Of a stretch of 64,000 nt of DNA, positions 1-12,200 are shown in pieces. The stretch is taken from positions 744,001-808,000 of the forward strand of contig CM074819.1 in the NCBI GenBank assembly GCA_037447605.1, given 5' to 3'. Source of the DNA: Zygnema circumcarinatum SAG 698-1b (Eukaryota; Plantae; Zygnematophyceae). Every line of letters begins with the position of its first letter. Positions within the stretch are counted from its first letter, which is position 1. Under the pieces are notes generated by a model, which saw only the letters and a list, made by a program, of their open reading frames with translations, was not told the origin of the DNA and did no database searches. The translations under genes and the position numbers were made by a program.

Positions 1-316
1 ATCAAGGCGGCAGGATGAAGAAGCTGTACATGAAATGGAAAACATAAGAAATCAATGATACTGAAGTGAACAAGGCACCCACGCAAATAAACCGCATAAT
101 TTCTCTCCTCAGAAAGAGTTCGTCCATCATACGTCATCTCATTCAAACCCTCCAGCTTCCACGCGAACCCTACCCTATATCACTTTTTGACAATACCAGG
201 ACGTCCAGCTCCAAACACTCCCTACAGCGGCACCAACAGAAACTGCAGAAGCCTCGATTACACTTCCATTATTCCTACGCCATTGAACTTTAAGCAAGAA
301 AAGGAACAATACTCAC

Positions 317-427
317 ACTCTCAGGCTTGCCAAGCGACTGTGCAACTGCCTTACTCGCATCCTTCAGAATGTCAGACGTCAACACTGCATCCACAGGCAC
401 ATTGGTCACCACATGCAGACTCGGCAT
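317..427 (-). CDS. MDL: MIF/D-dopachrome tautomerase-like protein (MDL), first coding exon; rest of the gene lies beyond the window start
   Basis: ATG at 427 gives MPSLHVVTNVPVDAVLTSDILKDASKAVAQSLGKPES followed by a GTGAGT donor. It has the catalytic Pro2 and the TNV and GKPE motifs of plant MIF-like proteins. Confidence 0.85.
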
Positions 428-662
428 GTTATCAAAAAAATATATTTTTCTGCAAAAAATCTTCCTGCTTGCCGCAGCTGAAGCAGCAACAACAAGTGTC
501 AGGACTCTCCAGGAAATGCCGCTTGAATATAAACTTAATATAAGCAGCAGCTGCAACTGTTTCAGTTTACGTATGGAGGGAGCTTCCAAGAAAAACCATT
601 TGCAACTTTGTTTTCAGGGGAGAGTGTGCACCTGGTAGGGGGCTCTACCCTGTAAGCGGAAG

Positions 663-714
663 CCAATCACGACATGCCACGTAAGCACATTATAGCGTGG
701 CAGACTGTGATTGG
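663..714. promoter_or_regulatory. Inverted pair of CCAAT-N9-CCACG (ERSE-like) elements upstream of MDL
   Basis: CCAATcacgacatgCCACG at 663-681, a 14-nt spacer, then CGTGGcagactgtgATTGG at 696-714; about 240 bp upstream of the MDL ATG. Confidence 0.6.
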
Positions 715-815
715 TCGACCGGAAGGTCGCTCAAGGATGAAAGTGAGCGAAACTGGAAGCGAAACCACGAGGGCATCGCCATCGAATTTTCATTGGATGA
801 TTATGGCGACCATTT

Positions 816-1003
816 CCTCGTGGTTCCCCATGATGATGATGTTGTCCATGTACATTTGATGGCATCATCGCCATCGTGAGATCAATGCCACATCCCCCCT
901 ACGATTCAATCCGAGCCATAGTAATAGAATGTGGCATTGATCTCACGATGGCGATGCCATTAAATGTACATGGACAATATCATCAACATGGGGAACCACG
1001 AGG
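816..1003. repeat. Fold-back formed by two inverted copies of a ~100-bp dispersed repeat
   Basis: Arm 816-893 (cctcgtggttccccatg...gagatcaatgccacat) is nearly the reverse complement of 929-1003, with a 35-nt loop. More copies at ~1455-1545, ~1817-1915, ~2068-2165 and ~58611-58700. Confidence 0.85.
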
Positions 1004-2799
1004 GACTGGCCGCCATAGTAATAGGATACCATCCAATGGAAATTCGCCACGTCACCATATTGTCCGCGTGGTGAGTCCCCACAGGACAATGCTCGGCTAT
1101 GCACACTACTGCTACTGCTAATGCGAGTCATCGTGTTGTACTTGGAAGGCCTAGAACAAGAAGAACAATGCTTCAGGGTCGTCGCCACAGAAGCGCAGAG
1201 TGGCAACCTTTCATCACAACTTAGTTGGTTGTCTTGCAAAATTACTCTCTGTATAGCCGTGTGGAACTAATTGGTCCCTGACTCCAACATAAAATTTACC
1301 TACAGGGATCGGGTTCAAGTAACGGCTCTCTTGTTCAGTCATTATATTATCAAGAACTGAGGATTGGCATTGGCCTCATGACAGCGAAGCCATCACCATG
1401 ATACCTTCTTTTGTTGATACTCGATAAGTCTACAAGACCACAAGGACATAGAATTGGCATTGCTCTCAATACGGCGATGATGCCCTCAATGGAACATGGA
1501 CAAAGTCAACATGGGGAACCACGAAGAACCAACCGCTCACGAAGGACCTAAGGACGACAGAAAAGAGCCATGAGCTGGCCTTTGCTCCACAACATCGGCT
1601 CCTGCTTGTTGCTTCTGGGCTCGATATCGCTAAATCGCATCGTATCGACGGAGGCCATTATCGTATCGTAGCACAACGTATCGCATCGCGTAATATCGCA
1701 GCGTATCGTGGTGGCCATGTCCGGGCCGCCGCACATCGGCGACCTTCGCGGCTGCTTCTAGGGAGGGCTGCGATGTTGCGCCTAGGCGTAGCTTTCAACT
1801 CCTAGCTTTTTTTTTTGTCCTTAGGCCCTTTGCGACCAGTTCCTCGTGGTTCCCCATGATGATGATGTTGTCCATGTACATTGATGGCCTTGCCATCGTG
1901 AGATCAAAGCCACATCTTCCATTCCCTTTACAATCATACGCAATAAATCTAGCATTTTAAACAATAATATAACATCGTGAAACAATGAATAGCATAAAAA
2001 AAATAAAAAATCGCACATGTGAAATCCTGAGTAACGAGGACCGTTTTCCGCTCTTAGTTTCTTTCTTTTGTGCTTTGGTCCTTTGCGACCCGTCCCTCGT
2101 AGTTCCCCATGCTGCTTTTGTCCATGTACATTTGATGGCCTCGCCATCGTGAGTTCAATACCATTTTTCCACATTTTGGTTCTGGATTCTTCCAAAGATT
2201 TTTGCGGCCAACCGCGCCCTATGGCTTTTCCTGGAAGCCAATATGATTTTTTGAATTCTTTGTACGGCTCAGCAACGGATCGAGCTGGCGGCCTCTGATT
2301 GGCGCAGTCGTCATCCAACGCGGCTCGACGCCATCGTACGAGCCATACGAACGTACAGCTTTGTGCGGTCCATCCGCCGCTTTGGACCGCCGCGATGTTG
2401 CGGCGCCACCCAGGCAAAACGGGGTCGCAAATCGCAGTCCAGATTCCGTACTCCGCTTCTGCCGAAATATATAGCAAACAAGCATTAACAATGTACTAGT
2501 TCTTTCAATTTGCAACTTCCACTGTCAGCGTACTGGTTCTTGGACGTCGTTACAGCTCGGTTCACCAAACCACAAGCTCGAATCCGTACTCCGCTACTGC
2601 CGGCCTTGCTCATACGCAAAACAGGTGCGATGTACGAGTTCTAGCCATTTGCCACCTGTCCGCGTCCTGGCACCTGGACGTTCTTGGTGAAGGAGACAAG
2701 TCAGGAGTGCCCACATAAGGAGAGAGGCAAGAGTACAGCAGGAAGCAAGCAGCAAACAGAGATTTAACTCGTACATGTAAATCTATTATGCCAGAGCAG

Positions 2800-5700
2800 G
2801 CGTCTTGCTTTGTAGGGCTTCCGCTGCCCATGGCGGTTCGGGTCTGTGATCATTTTGTCTATGATGCGGGCTAGATTTTTCACAGGCGGAGTTGATGATG
2901 CACAGGATTACGGAATATGGAGGGTTGACGCGCCCTTTCTGGAGGCTATCTTGCGTCCACTGTTGGTGCGGAGCGGAGGGAGCGGCACATACAGGTACAT
3001 GGAGTCGCTAAGCCTTTTCTGCTGCCGTTTGCCCCGTGAAGGTCTCGAATCTGCTTGGGGTAAGATGCTTAAGATGCTTATGGCAGTCCTTAGTTTCGTA
3101 GCAAGTGTAGTTACGATGTGTAGTTTTGACAGTAGTCAAAGTTGGCATGGTCGTTGTTTTCCTTGCCCTTCTTGTCTTGTGAGGATTGCGTAGTTATTGT
3201 GTTGGCTGTCCCGGTCGTTCTTTCTAGATTCGAGGTTTCTGAACTTCTTCACACGCTCTGCAGACTCTTTTCCTGGCGTTTCGAGGACCGTCCAGCACGG
3301 TTGTCGTCAGCTGTCTATGAAGATCCACGGCGTGTCCTGTCGTCGCCGCAGCATCAACTTCGGCCATACCAGCAACAGCATCTGCAAGGGCTATTGTGTC
3401 CTCAGTATGCAGGGTGAATATCTTCTGGTTGTGATTCTCTGCTGCGCCAGAGACGTCATTAGATGGCATCGCAGCGCCTCCTTAGCCCTATGCGCGCACA
3501 TGATTTGCTTTTAGTGGGCTCATCCTCATGCTCTTGTATTCTATCTGTTCCACGGGGGTGCGCTCTCGTGGTCGGGTGGACTTCCAAAGTTATCCGGGGG
3601 TAGAGCCTCCGGTTTTCTTGGCGGGCTGCGGGTTTTTCCCGCAGTCCGATGGCCTGGGGGGATGGGATTCCTGGGTTTCTCCTTTTTTTTGTTGCTGGAA
3701 TCCATATGGCTCTACAGTGTGGTGTCGTATTGATAGCCCTTCACCAAAAGTTGGCACAGACCATTCGACAACCTCACCACTGAGTTACGGCAGAAACAGT
3801 GACAGATGCGACAGAACGTACACAGGACTACGCATTCTCTCACTATTCAAACCGAAGGTTCATGTCAAGCCGGAGGCTCTCTACTTTGATGGTATCAGTG
3901 GCGTTCAGGTGGATCTGCATCGATTCCATTATTGCAGTGTCCCGACTATGCGCCCGGTGCGTCGGGTAGGTCAACATGCGACTCTTACAGACCTTGGCGG
4001 AGTTGTTAATGGAATCCGTCCAGCACACAGTCGGTACCTGAAGCCTTTTGAGGGCTCTGTTTGGAAAAAAGCCGGAGATCGTTGGTCAAACCGAAGTGAA
4101 TACCTTCACAATTGGCCTTATTTCTCTCTGAAGCAAGTTCTCTACAACTCACGTACTCCGGCTGAGCACAAACAGTCCCTCTTTGACAGTGCAGGCAATG
4201 GATTTTTCGATTTGCATGGAGCAGTGAGAACAAAAACTACACTTTCCATTTACAGCGTACTTTTTTGCATTGATTTCACTTGCAACCAGTGTCTTTCTTT
4301 TGCCAAACAATTCGCTGTCTGTTGGATTTAAGATATTGTGCACCCCCTTTTTGCTTTCGGCTCGTTCTGAGTGCTTTGAAATTTGCCAGTTCTACTCAAC
4401 CTCCCAGTAGTAGCCGAAGGGCTGAAGAAGCTACTTGTCCTCCTATAGTTTGTTTTCAGAAAATCTATGTACTGCATATCTAGGACCGTCCCTGTTTGCA
4501 GTCTTCTGACCTATTCGCTTAGTATCAGTTATTAGTCGATGCAAGACCCTCTTGCAGTCGATGGTGGAGAATCTAATGTTGTTGAGGGGATTCGCCTTGT
4601 CATATTGTTGTCGGTTGTCGGCGTGTCAATCAGCTGGAAGTTGTCGTCCTTTCAGAGGTTCATATGATGATATGCCAGGGAGACGAGGTTTCGGTTGTAT
4701 GACGCCGACTACTGGCTCTGCACGCTCTAGTTTGGAGAGAAGATTTTCGGAGGCGCTTCAAGCTTTCTTGTGCTCGGCACATCAGTGTGTGGAGGTGCGT
4801 TTTCATCCTGGCTCTGGCTTGGTTTATGTTGGCATGAGCTGCTAGGTTAATGTGATGTCATGTCTGTTTGGTCTTCTGTGTTTGTGCTTTATATTGTCTA
4901 CATGTCAGTCATACCTCTTTGATGATTTATGAATATGCAGTTTCTCTTGAATGGTCGTTTGATCGTTTGGCTTTCTTCTCTTGGAATGATTGCTGATGTT
5001 CCACCGCAGGAGTTCTTACATGTTTAGCTCCTACACGGTTGATTTACAGTACTGTCATGTTTGTCAGCCTCTTCTTTTATTTTAGGAATTGTATACATAG
5101 GCTGTATTTGACGCTTGTTTTGTGTGTTTATCAGGACCCGAATCGCTCCACGACGGTGGAACGTGTGGACGGATGGAAGACAATTTACTAGCGCATTACT
5201 ACAGTCGATATCAAGTTTTTCCGTGCTAGGGAGCCGTCTTCTACCACCGACGCTATTACAGCCGTTCCGAATCGTGCTTTGTCCGCCTTCTATTCGTTCG
5301 TCATTCGTTTTTCTTTCGCAGTGCTCCTGCCAATCCCTTGGTATCGTTATGTTCTTGGAGGGTGCATTCGTACGGGCTGGCAGTCTTTGAAGGAGCTTCT
5401 CGTTTTCTTGGATGTGGTGCTCCCTGTCATCATAGCCTTGTTGGTGTCTGATTTTGAATCTTTGCTGGCTGTCTGGTCTTTATTCTCCAACCCGAGAAGT
5501 GAAGAATTTTATTTTTTTAGACGAATACTAAATATCACGAGCAGGCGACTGCCCCTGATCATGAACATGATGGTGGTGATGCTGGCTGTACCTTGTTGTG
5601 AAGGACTTCTTGGTATTGCAGAGCTGGCGATTGAAGCACTATACACTGAACAGACCAAGCGGTCTAGGCGAGATGCGAAGCACTGGCTTTTGTGGATATT

Positions 5701-7368
5701 ATCGGAGCATCGACGCTGATAGCCTGGACTCATACACGATAGGACTCTCAATGTCACTACATGAAATTTTGAAGAACATGCGGTTTTTTCTCAAGGAGTG
5801 TAGTACTTGTTGAATCTATAGGCGGTGATTGCAGTGATGCAGGTCTGGTCCTTCTAACTCTTTCTATCTTATGCTGTTTTGTTGGCTCCATGCGTCTATC
5901 TGGCTGGTTTGATTGCAGATTGGTAATTTGCAAGCAAAAGACTAATCGAGCTAACAGACGGTGAAAATTCGTCATTGCATCTTGCTTGGCAATGATAATG
6001 TTCCTGCATGGTAGTGAGAATGTTCTGATCAAACATTTGTCCGAAATGAAGTGGTTGGCTTGATTGGTTGCAATGTCTTGTATTTGTTGACTGCTTTGGT
6101 TTTCCTCTCGATTTCTGGCTTTCTCTGTCACTTATGCCATCATATGCAGCCATTCTGTTTATCGGTTTTTTATTACTCTGCCGTTGGATGATGGAAAACA
6201 ATCGTGTTATTGTATCCACTGTCTTAGTGCTCAATTACAGCGAGTGATCCCTATATTCTGTTTAAGGACATCCTTCTCTTCAGAGATCAAATGTCGATTT
6301 AGGGCTAGAAAAGGTGTGCAAAGTGTGCGATCTTGTGACTAAGTAGAGGGTTTTGGCATTTTTATTCGGTCTTTTGTTTGCTTGTCATGTTTGGTAAGTG
6401 GATGTTGTTGTGTATGGTACATGACCTCGTGACCGGTTATTTCGTGAGTGTCGAAAGTGAGAGTGACAGAAAGCTAACAGTGCGATGGTGGGGGGAGTGG
6501 GCCGGACTATGGGTTATTAGATGAACGTTTGTGGTGTGTTCTGTGATTTTTCCTGATTCGGTTTTTGCCACATGATGGACAAGGGAAGGATTTACACGTA
6601 AATGTCGGGTCCGCCACACTCATGCCTCATGATTAGGTATATGTAGACCAGTACAAGTGGAAGTGTCTGGGGTGATGATCTTATTCTACGATCTCTCTTC
6701 TTGCTGAAACCACTTGTGATTGCTTTCAACGGGTCCTTCAAATTATTACTCTGTTACAGGTGTAGGCTTGTGTTGACATATCCGTCAGAGAAAATTGGTG
6801 CAGGGTGACGGAACATGAAACATGGGGATAAGTTCTTGGCGGATTCTGGCTTTGTCGGTTGTTTTGACGCTTGCATGCTGTCATGTAGCGGTCACATTCG
6901 ATATTGAAGGAGGTGGTGTGCCGAACACAATGTAGCTGGAGAGTAGGGACTGTATTGGGAGGCTTTTTCACACTGGTGAGTACGTGTTTTTGGCTTGATC
7001 TGAAGTAAGGTCGTTTTTTTTTTTTTTTGTGTAATGGATGTATCTTGTTGTGCATTGTGGAATCGCCCACGGTCAGACTCGAAAAGTTCGAACTCGTAAA
7101 TTTTGACATTTGTTCGTTTTCAGTGTCGTCTCCCTCAAACCGAGTAGGGCGTTTAGCTGTCTTACCGAAGGTCGTCAAAGAAGGCAAATTGTCAATACCC
7201 ATGTCCTTAACGAGGCGTACCTTGCGGGGCCATGTGGGGACAATTATCGTCGACTTTCTCAATTTACTGCAACACATTTCTCCTATTTCTCTTTCCCCTT
7301 CCATTCGTACTTAATTCAGCTTAGTTTTAAGAATAACTTGTCTCACGTCCATGTACTGAGTTCCAAAT
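2800..7368 (-). mobile_element. Decayed L1-clade non-LTR retrotransposon, copy 1 (boundaries approximate)
   Basis: Frameshifted minus-strand remnants: ORF1-like region at 6740-7300; RT-like PTISGFFPNR (~4070) and NNGID...YHQSREP (~3880-3930). Collinear with copy 2 at an offset of about 6.0 kb. Confidence 0.6.
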
Positions 7369-7440
7369 GGTGTGCGGCTTTTCTGGAAGGACGTTTGCTC
7401 TGAAGTGGGCAAATTGTCGGGTTCAACTCCCGGGTGCATC
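7369..7440 (+). ncRNA. tRNA-like cloverleaf (non-canonical; SINE head, tRNA pseudogene or t-element), copy 1
   Basis: GGTGTGC/GTGCATC acceptor stem, 4-bp D-like stem, GTTTGCTC-TGAAGT-GGGCAAAT central stem, TCGGG-TTCAACT-CCCGG T-arm with a B-box-like GGTTCAACTCC. Confidence 0.6.
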
Positions 7441-8372
7441 TTACTAGAAGAGTCGTACATGTGGCGTATTGGTCACGTCTAACAGGTTAATTCCTTTTAG
7501 ATTGAAAACTCTTGAAAGTTAGTCTGCTTGATTTGAAAACCTCTGTCACCATCAACAAAGGGATTGTTAAATTTGCATTATCTGCCGGGGAGATCTTCGG
7601 GGGACAGTTCGGGGAGGATAGGTGTTCGTTTCTGACTGTAGACTGTAAAGTCCCCTAAAGTGACTATGTCTGGTCTTTTAGCCTCTGAAGTTGGCGAAGG
7701 GAAATCCAGTTTTGGCTTTTTAGCACTACCCTACAATATCTTTGAACGATTGTTCTGTTTCTAGGTGTTTGTGGTGTAGCTTTTACAAAATGAATTAAGA
7801 ATTTGCTCCGTGACGGGGCGAAATCTGTTTATATGGTATGCATATGTGGTATTTTATATGGTAACCAAACCTAAAACCCTAAAAACCCTATGGCAAGCTT
7901 TCGCTCTAGGTGACAGTATCCCAGTCAGCAGTTTGCACACTCTTTGTTGCATAATTTTCTTACAAATATGTACTCTGCACCTCCCGTCCTTGACAACCTA
8001 CTTTCCACTTCTTTACTTTGACGTGCTGGTAAAGCTCGTGATGGCCACTTCAATTTATCGTATTCAATCATCTGTCTACCTGTGCTTCAAATCTGTATCC
8101 TGCTGCCTTGGGCGATGCTTTACTTCAATCTCGCAATGGAAATTAATGAAATTACTTTTTAGTAATCTTTCATCTCCCCTCCCTCTCTCCTCTCTCTCTT
8201 CTCTTCTAAAAATCTTTCATTTTAAAATCTTAAAATCAATTGATGAAATTTTCAGAAAGCTTGCAAGCAGTTCCTGGAGACCTCCTTTGAAGCGGCAGTT
8301 TCCTCAGAAGCAGCACACGACCTCTCTTCCGTTGCGGGCTAACACTTCGACCTCACAGTCTCTAGACTGATC

Positions 8373-8432
8373 CAGCCAATCACAGCCTGCCACGTCATCC
8401 ACTGTGTCCACGTGGTGACCTGTGGTTGGCTG
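8373..8432. promoter_or_regulatory. Inverted pair of ERSE-like elements with no assigned gene
   Basis: CCAATcacagcctgCCACG at 8376-8394, a 16-nt spacer, then CGTGGtgacctgtgGTTGG at 8411-8429. Outer arms are CAGCCAATCACAG and CTGTGGTTGGCTG. Confidence 0.5.
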
Positions 8433-8530
8433 CCGCCAATGGAGGGGAGACCCATTCTGGAAGGAATCTGTCTCTTGTCGCCACGATGGTTGCAGTTCTT
8501 TTCAGGGCGCTTTCTTTTTAGTTTATACTC

Positions 8531-8792
8531 GCAGGCCTTCTGCTTGCAGCAAGAGGAGGCTTATTTAGAGGAATCAAACTTGCAGGCCTTTTGCTTGCAG
8601 CAAGAGGAGGCTTATTTGGAAGAATCATACTTGCAGGCCTTTTTGCTTGCTGCAAGTGGAGGCTTATTTGGAGGAATCACACTTGCAGGCCTTCTGCTTG
8701 CAGCAAGAGGAGGCTTATTCGGAGGTATCATACTTGCAGGCCTTTCGCTTGCAGCAAGAGGAGGCTTATTTGGAGGAATCATATTTGCAGGT
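8531..8792. repeat. 51-bp tandem minisatellite, 5 full copies plus a partial
   Basis: Unit gcaggccttctgcttgcagcaagaggaggcttatttggaggaatcatactt starts at 8531, 8582, 8633, 8685, 8736 and 8787. Confidence 0.9.
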
Positions 8793-9259
8793 GTGCTTGG
8801 AGGAAGGAGGCTCATGACGGTCGTGTCGTGTTCACGGCGGCCCGGCTGAAAGCTGGGCGCTTTGTCCTTGTTGTGGAGTGGTTTCGTTATGTCGGGAATG
8901 GTCCCTTTTGTCAGAGTCGGTGATGTGAAGAGGGCGGGCTATGGATGAGTGAGGGATGCTTGGACAGCTGTCCTGCATCAGCCGTTGGTTCAAACGGGAG
9001 TCGGAGAACATGTATAGGTAGAGGCAGTAGTGCTGAGGTTTTTTTCTCTACTTCTTGCCTGATGAAGGTGTTGGTATCCGTATAGGTAAGTTGGTTTGGT
9101 TGTGTAGTTGTGTGGTATAGTTTGTTGTGTTCAGAAGTTGGTGTTGGAGCTGTAGAAGCCGTTTAGAAGCTGCTTTAGTTGTTTCAGTCAATACGCTGGC
9201 TATTAGTCAGTCTTCACGCTGGCTATGAGGGTTGCTCACTTCGTTTTCGAGGCCGCTGA

Positions 9260-12200
9260 AGGTCTTCATATGCTCTGCAGATTCTTGACTTCGCGACTTC
9301 TAAATCTTCAGCCGACCACGAAGAACCACGGCGTGTCCTGTCGTCGCCGCAGCATCAACAGCAGCCATGTCAGCGACAGCATCTGAAAGAGTTATTATGT
9401 CCTCAGTATGCTGGGTGAATATCTTCTGGTTGTGATTCTCTGCTGCGCCAGAGAAGTGTCATTAGATGACATCGCAGCGCCTCCTTAGCCCTATGCGCGC
9501 ACATGCTTTGCTATTAGTGGGCTCATCCTCATGCTCTTGTATTCTATCTGTTCCACGGGGGTGCGCTCTCGTGGTCGGGTGGACTTCCAAAGTTATCCGG
9601 GGGTAGAGCCTCCGGTTTTCTTGGCGGGCTGTGGGTTTTTCCCGCAGTCCGATGGCCTGGGGGGTGGGATTCGATGGTTTTCTTCTTTTTTCTCCCTTTT
9701 CCCCTTTCATTCTCCTTTCTTCTTCCTTTTTTCTGCCTTTTCTGGACTGCACATGGCTCTGCAGTGTAGTGTAGTCTGCTATCAATAGCCTCCCCTGCAC
9801 CACCAGATCTTCAAACAGCCATTCATTTCCTTGATGCAAGAGAATGGAACCGGAGCCGGGATTATTCTGCCTTCGCATTTCCAAACCGATGGCTTACTTC
9901 AAGCAATCGTGACCTATCCATCCATATCTATTATTGGTGTTGTTGGGAGGATCACTTTTCATTATCGTTATTGTAATCTGCGGTGTTCTCTGCATATGCC
10001 TACGGCTGCAAGACCCTTTTCCTGCAGGTCTACTATGTTAAAGTCAAACATCATGCTGAACCCTGGAGACTGGAATCCTCCCAGCAGACACTCGGCCACG
10101 GAAAGTCTTCGGGAAGTTGACATTTGGCAAACAAACTGAATCTGCCATTCAAACTGAAGTGAAGTGAACCCAAGTTTTGAATGTTCCGATCTATCCTTTC
10201 GGAGTCACTCGGCATTCACGAGGTCGCACCTATTGTTGGTTAGCACATGGCGGCCGCATATGGAGGTTTCCGTGGAGCGGAATCAATGATGGATCGTGTT
10301 TTTTTGATGTGCAAGGAGCCGTGGGAACATTAACAAACTTGCCATCCACAGCAGCTTTCCCTCATTCGTTTTGTTTGCAGTCAGGATCCGTCATTTGGCA
10401 CAACAATCTCTCTTCATTGGCATCAAATGATGGTTCTGTGTTTTTCCTTGCTCGGCTAGTCGGGTTCAGTGTTGAATTCGGGAGACTTGACAAGTTTTCC
10501 CAGTTTTAATATTCCAAGAGCAGCTGGATAGATATGCTTCATGCCCTCCAGGGCCACTTCTGCTTTTCCCTGGGCTGTATTGTGTTAAGGGTTTTGATGT
10601 ATTGTATGTGACTGGGCAGTGGATATCGTGTTTTGGTTTGCAGATTTCCTGACCTTTCCTCTAGATTCGATTCTCGTCATTGGTACTACATCAATAGGCA
10701 GTAAGCATCTGAGAGAAAGGAAATGTTTGCTGTCTGCTGCCTTGCCTGGTCTGGAGATATAGGAGCTTTGGAGGTGCATCCGTCATCTGTTTTGTTTCTG
10801 TGTATGGAGGTACGTCGTCTTCCAAGACTTCTGCGTTGTCAGTGGATATGGTTATTTGGTTTTGTGAAGTTGATATGGGGTTTGTTTAGATGACATTCAG
10901 TATCGTATTTAGGTGAGAGTCTCTCCACCTTTGTAGATGTAGAGACTTTTAGTTGCCCTGTTTTGAAACTTCGAACTTCCGTCCCTCATTGATGCGCTTC
11001 CCTTACTGTCTACAGTTTGAGGAAAGCGTGCACTCTAGACCTGCTTTCTTCCTCCGGCATTGTAGGATTACTATTAGCTATGAGAATTTCTCTTAAGCAG
11101 ATACTGCCGTTTTTTTGGAGTGCAGTTAATGTACATGTAGCTGAAAATTTTGGCAGAAAAAAGTTTTGCAAATGTTTGAACCTCTTAAGCAGGGAATAAA
11201 GGACATCGGTGCAGCGCCAGTTCGCTGCTCTGCCTTTGGTTTGGACGAGACTTCAACGATTGCGGGACGGGTGTGGCGCTTTTTCTGCTGTGAGTGGCAT
11301 GCGCTTGAAGAATTTAACTCCGAACATATGAAGGGAGGAGGGGACAGGAGGAGGGGAGGAAAGGGCAATTGGGGAGGAGGAAGGGGAGGAGAGGAGGAGA
11401 GGAGAAATGGATGAAGAGAGGAGAAAAGGACGAGGAGAGGAGGAGAGGAGAAATGGATGACGAGAGGAGAAAAGGACGAGGAGAGGAGAGGAGGCACCTC
11501 CTCTTGGCATCAGAGGGTCCGACTCGAATTTTTGGCTTTCGAGGAAATTTTATTGACGTCCTTAGAGGAGGAGGAAAGTAATCCCGGAGGAAAGCCGGGA
11601 TTACTTTACTGAACTTTGTGCTGTACTGCTTGTACGTATGTCGTATTGTATGCTCAGCTATTGCATGGATGCATGCATGTGCCTCCTGTCTGAAACGCCA
11701 TGTCTGTATCCACGTTCAGCACTATCAGGCCCCTCCTCCCCCCTCCCCCTCTACCCCACACAAACATGCAAAATCACAAAAAATCTGAGTGCTTTATCCT
11801 AAGGGACTGCAGTATCCATTCAAGGGCGAAAAGCAGTCAGCGCATTGCGCTGAACTACATAATAGGGGGAATGGTGTTGGCGTCACACTTTGATCATATT
11901 TTTTGTGAAGCAGAGTGTATCCGCAGACTTTTCAGCTGCCATTCAATTGATCAATTTAGTTAGGCAACTTAGTCACTGTCCCTTTGAACTTTTTTGTCAA
12001 CGTATTACTTCCTCTTTTCTGATCACATGTTTGTAGGGTTCCTTCCTGGTCTCGAAAAGGATGTGTGCGTGCTGATTGTGCTGACTTTGATTACACACGT
12101 CGGTTAGAAATTGGTTGGAAGGACGGGTTTTTGGTTTTTGATTCTTCTCTATCGTTTTTGGGTACCTCAGCTTTAGTGAAAGGGCTTGACGATTGTGGTC

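Noticed and set aside
816-2165. CRISPR-like repeat/spacer array
   Set aside because: Units are ~100 bp, in mixed orientation with irregular spacing, in a eukaryotic genome with no cas genes.
3528-5719. Plus-strand ORFs of 267 aa (3528-4331) and 146 aa (5279-5719) as novel proteins
   Set aside because: They lie antisense to decayed L1 ORF2; the conserved codon pattern and motifs are on the minus strand.
7369-7440. Functional tRNA-Phe(GAA) suggested by CTGAAG in the loop
   Set aside because: Stem pairing gives a 6- or 8-nt loop rather than 7, the D loop is too short, and the second copy has a different loop; kept only as tRNA-like.
7810-8370. 186-aa ORF or an orphan exon after the acceptor-like TTTTCAG at ~8235
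   Set aside because: No recognisable domain and no partner exon could be assigned; left unannotated.
3325-9795. Direct repeats 6 kb apart read as LTRs of one LTR retrotransposon
   Set aside because: No TG...CA ends, PBS or PPT. Homology continues beyond the block in register, and the block lies within L1-type ORF2 remnants.
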